From the NCBI GenBank assembly GCA_030390025.1, contig JASTWF010000121.1, positions 558,001 to 622,000 on the forward strand: 64,000 nucleotides of DNA, read 5' to 3'. The notes beneath the pieces are model-generated. The model did not search any database. It saw only the letters and a list, made by a program, of their open reading frames with translations, and was not told the origin of the DNA. Shown here piece after piece: positions 60,501 to 64,000 of this stretch (position 1 is the first letter of the stretch; the number at the start of each line of letters is the position of its first letter). The DNA is from Squalus acanthias (taxonomy: Eukaryota). The translations under genes and the position numbers were made by a program.

Positions 60501-62795
60501 CCCTGATATTACCGGACAGTCCGACACTCCCGGACCCTGATATTACCGGACAGTCCGACACTCCCGGACCCTGATATTACCGGACAATCCGAGACACCCG
60601 GACCCTGATATTACCGGACAGTCGGACACTCCCGGACCCTGATATTACCGTACAGTCCGACACTCCCGGACCCTGATATTACCGGACAGTCCGATACTCC
60701 CGGACCCTGATATTACCGGACAGTCCGACACTCTCGGACCCTGATATTACCGGACAGTCCGACACTCCCCGACCCTGATATTACCGGACAGTCCGACACT
60801 CCCAGACTCTGATATTACCGGACAGTCCGACACTCCCGGACCCTGATATTACCGGACAGTCCGATACTCCCGGACCCTGATATTACCGGACAGTCGGACA
60901 CTCCCGGACCCTGATATTACCGGACAGTCCGACACTCCCGGACCCTGATATTACTGGACAGTCGGACACTCCCGGACCCTGATATTACCGGACAGTCCGA
61001 CACTCCCGGACCCTGATATTACCGGACAGACCGACACTCCCAGACTCTGATATTACTGGACAGTCCGACACTCCCGGACCCTGATGTTACCGGACAATCC
61101 GATACTCCCAGACCCTGATATTACCAGACAGTCCGACACTCCTAGACCCTGATATTACCGGACAGTCCGACACTCCCGGACCCTGATATTACCGGACAGT
61201 CCGACACTCCCGGACCCTGATAATACCGGACAGTCCGACACTCCCGGACCCTGATATTACCGGACAGTCCGACACTCCCGGACCCTGATATTACCGGACA
61301 GTCCGACACTCCCGGACCCTGATATTACCGGACAGTCCGACACTCCCGGACCCTGATATTACCGGACAGTCCGACACTCCCGGACCCTGATATTACCGGA
61401 CAGTCCGACACTCCCGGACCCTGATATTACCGGACAATCCGAGACACCCGGACCCTGATATTACCGGACAGTCGACACTCCCGGACCCTGATATTACCGG
61501 ACAGTCCGACACTCCCGGACCCTGATATTACCGGACAGTCCGACACTCCCGGACCCTGATATTACCGGACAGTCCGACACTCCCGGACCCTGATATTACC
61601 GGACAGTCCGAGACACCCGGACCCTGATATTACCGGACAGTCGACACTCCCGGACCCTGATATTACCGTACAGTCCGACACTCCCGGACCCTGATATTAC
61701 CGGACAGTCCGATACTCCCGGACCCTGATATTACCGGACAGTCCGACACTCCCGGACCCTGATATTACCGGACAGTCCGACACTCCCCGACCCTGATATT
61801 ACCGGACAGTCCGACACTCCCAGACTCTGATATTACCGGACAGTCCGACACTCCCGGACCCTGATATTACCGGACAGTCCGATACTCCCGGACCCTGATA
61901 TTACCGGACAGTCGGACACTCCCGGACCCTGATATTACCGGACAGTCCGACACTCCCGGACCCTGATATTACTGGACAGTCGGACACTCCCGGACCCTGA
62001 TATTACCGGACAGTCCGACACTCCCGGACCCTGATATTACCGGACAGACCGACACTCCCAGACTCTGATATTACTGGACAGTCCGACACTCCCGGACCCT
62101 GATGTTACCGGACAATCCGATACTCCCAGACCCTGATATTACCAGACAGTCCGACACTCCTAGACCCTGATATTACCGGACAGTCCGACACTCCCGGACC
62201 CTGATATTACCGGACAGTCCGACACTCCCGGACCCTGATAATACCGGACAGTCCGACACTCCCGGACCCTGATATTACCGGACAGTCCGACACTCCCGGA
62301 CCCTGATATTACCGGACAGTCCGACACTCCCGGACCCTGATATTACCGGACAGTCCGACAATCCCGGACCCTGATATTACCGGACAGTCCGACACTCCCG
62401 GACCCCTGATATTAACGGACAGTCCGACACTCCCGGACCCTGATATTACCGGACAGTCGACACTCCCGGACCCTGATATTACCGGACAGTCCAACAATCC
62501 CGGACCCTGATATTACCGGACAGTCCGACACTCCCGGACCCTGATATTACCGGACAGTCCGACAATCCCGGACCCTGATATTACCGGACAGTCCGACAAT
62601 CCCGGACCCTGATATTACTGGACAGTCCGACACTCCCGGACCCTGATATTACCGGACCAGTCCGACACTCCCGGACCCTGATATTACCGGACAGTCCGAC
62701 ACTCCCGGACCCTGATATTACCGGACAGTCCGACACTCCCGGACCCTGATATTACTGGACAGTCCGACACTCCCGGACCCTGATATTACTGGATA
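57531..62795. repeat. 34-bp CpG-rich minisatellite TCCCGGACCCTGATATTACCGGACAGTCCGACAC (~155 copies, ~5.3 kb)
   Basis: Direct reading; period 34. Confidence 0.97.
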
Positions 62796-63289
62796 GGGCC
62801 TGAAACTTCCAGATGCTGATATTGCTGTGCCTGTAATTTTCCTCTGAAACATTATTTTCTGTGTGAATATTGCTACTTACATCTAACTCCAAAGAATAAG
62901 CTGCATTTGTAATTTTCTTTTGTGAAGGTAAATCTTTATATCTGTAATGTTAATTATGTTTTGCACCTTTAAGGGCTAATAATTGTTAGGTATTAGATAG
63001 AGATTAATTATCTCTCACCATCGGTGGTGGTCTGAATTGCCAAGAGTTTGTTGGGGGTATGAATTAGTCTGAGCCTGATCCTGGTTTCCCGAGGATCGAT
63101 AGAAAGCTCTTGCCCCGTCTCCTCCTGGCTCCATGGGAAGGTGTTTAAAATTAATCAGCAATGTTCCTTTGGTTTGTGGCCAGAGATCACTGGAGAATCC
63201 TGAGCGGGGCAGGTGTCAGTGACCAATTCGGAATCAACTGACCGCAGCTCCAAGGTGGCCTTGCAGAACTGGGGGTCAAAGGGCCAATC

Positions 63290-64000
63290 ACCTCAGCCCC
63301 AGGACATCATTGTCGATGTTCCTCAGGGCAGTGTCCTGGGCCAACTATCTTCAGCTGCTTCATTAATGGCCTTCCCTCCATCATAAGATCGGGAATGGGG
63401 CGTTTGCTGATGATTGCACAGTGTCCACCTCCATTCACAAATCCTCAGATAATGAAGGAGCCAATGCCAGCCTACAATAGGACATTCAGGCTTGGTCTGA
63501 TGTGGCAGGTAACATTTGCAGCACGAAAGAAAGTGCAGACACCTCACCTTCCAAAGCTGCAAACATGCTGGGTCATCATTGACCAGAAGCTGAACTGGAC
63601 CAGCCATGTCAATAGTGTGACTACAACAGCAGGACAGAGGCTGGACACTCTGTGACAACTGGTTCACCTTCTAACCCCTCAAAGCCTCTTCACAATCTAC
63701 AAGGCTTGTCAAATGAACACTCACCCCTTGCCTGGATGGGTGCAGCTGCAACAACACTTGAGAAGCTCAACACCATCCAGGACAGAGCAGTTCACTTGAT
63801 TGGCACCTCTGCCACTGGGCTCAGTATCCACCCCTCCACCACCGGCGCACCATGGTGCAGTGTGTGTGATCTACAGGATGCACTGCAGCAACTCACCAAG
63901 GTTCTCTTGACTATAGCTCCCTCCCCTGCTACCTCTAACATCAAGAAGAGCAACAGCAGCAATGCTGCAGGAACATCTTCACTTCCACATTCCAGCATTG
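63290..64000 (+). mobile_element. Degraded CR1/L2-group LINE fragment
   Basis: VPQGSVLG...FADDCTV motifs; colinear with 56200-56900. Confidence 0.8.

Noticed and set aside
57531-62795. CRISPR-like array (34-bp partly palindromic repeat)
   Set aside because: Units are head-to-tail with no unique spacers, there are no cas genes, and the context is eukaryotic.

Overview
Repeat-dense eukaryotic DNA, most likely from a cartilaginous fish (shark-type CR1 LINEs, HE1-like V-SINEs, SacSINE1-like DeuSINEs). The window holds one host gene on the + strand that the ORF track mostly misses. Six splice-compatible exons encode an Ig-superfamily receptor: two 348-bp germline-joined V-J-type Ig exons (22907-23254, 43316-43663), an uncharged transmembrane exon (45613-45763), two 44-bp cytoplasmic exons (50152-50195, 51198-51241) and a terminal exon (57291-57407) with an ITIM (IHYAVL) and an ITSM-like motif (TSEYAAV). 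This is the architecture of a non-rearranging, antigen-receptor-like inhibitory receptor. No leader exon was found, so the gene probably starts upstream of the window. The window also contains a very young 4.5-kb Ty3/gypsy element with identical LTRs, a YLDN RT motif, no tRNA PBS and a 5'-LTR-specific hairpin. The rest is multi-level nested retroelement stacks, hairpin MITEs and several long tandem arrays. Coordinates were read by eye, so repeat boundaries are approximate unless a TSD is quoted.
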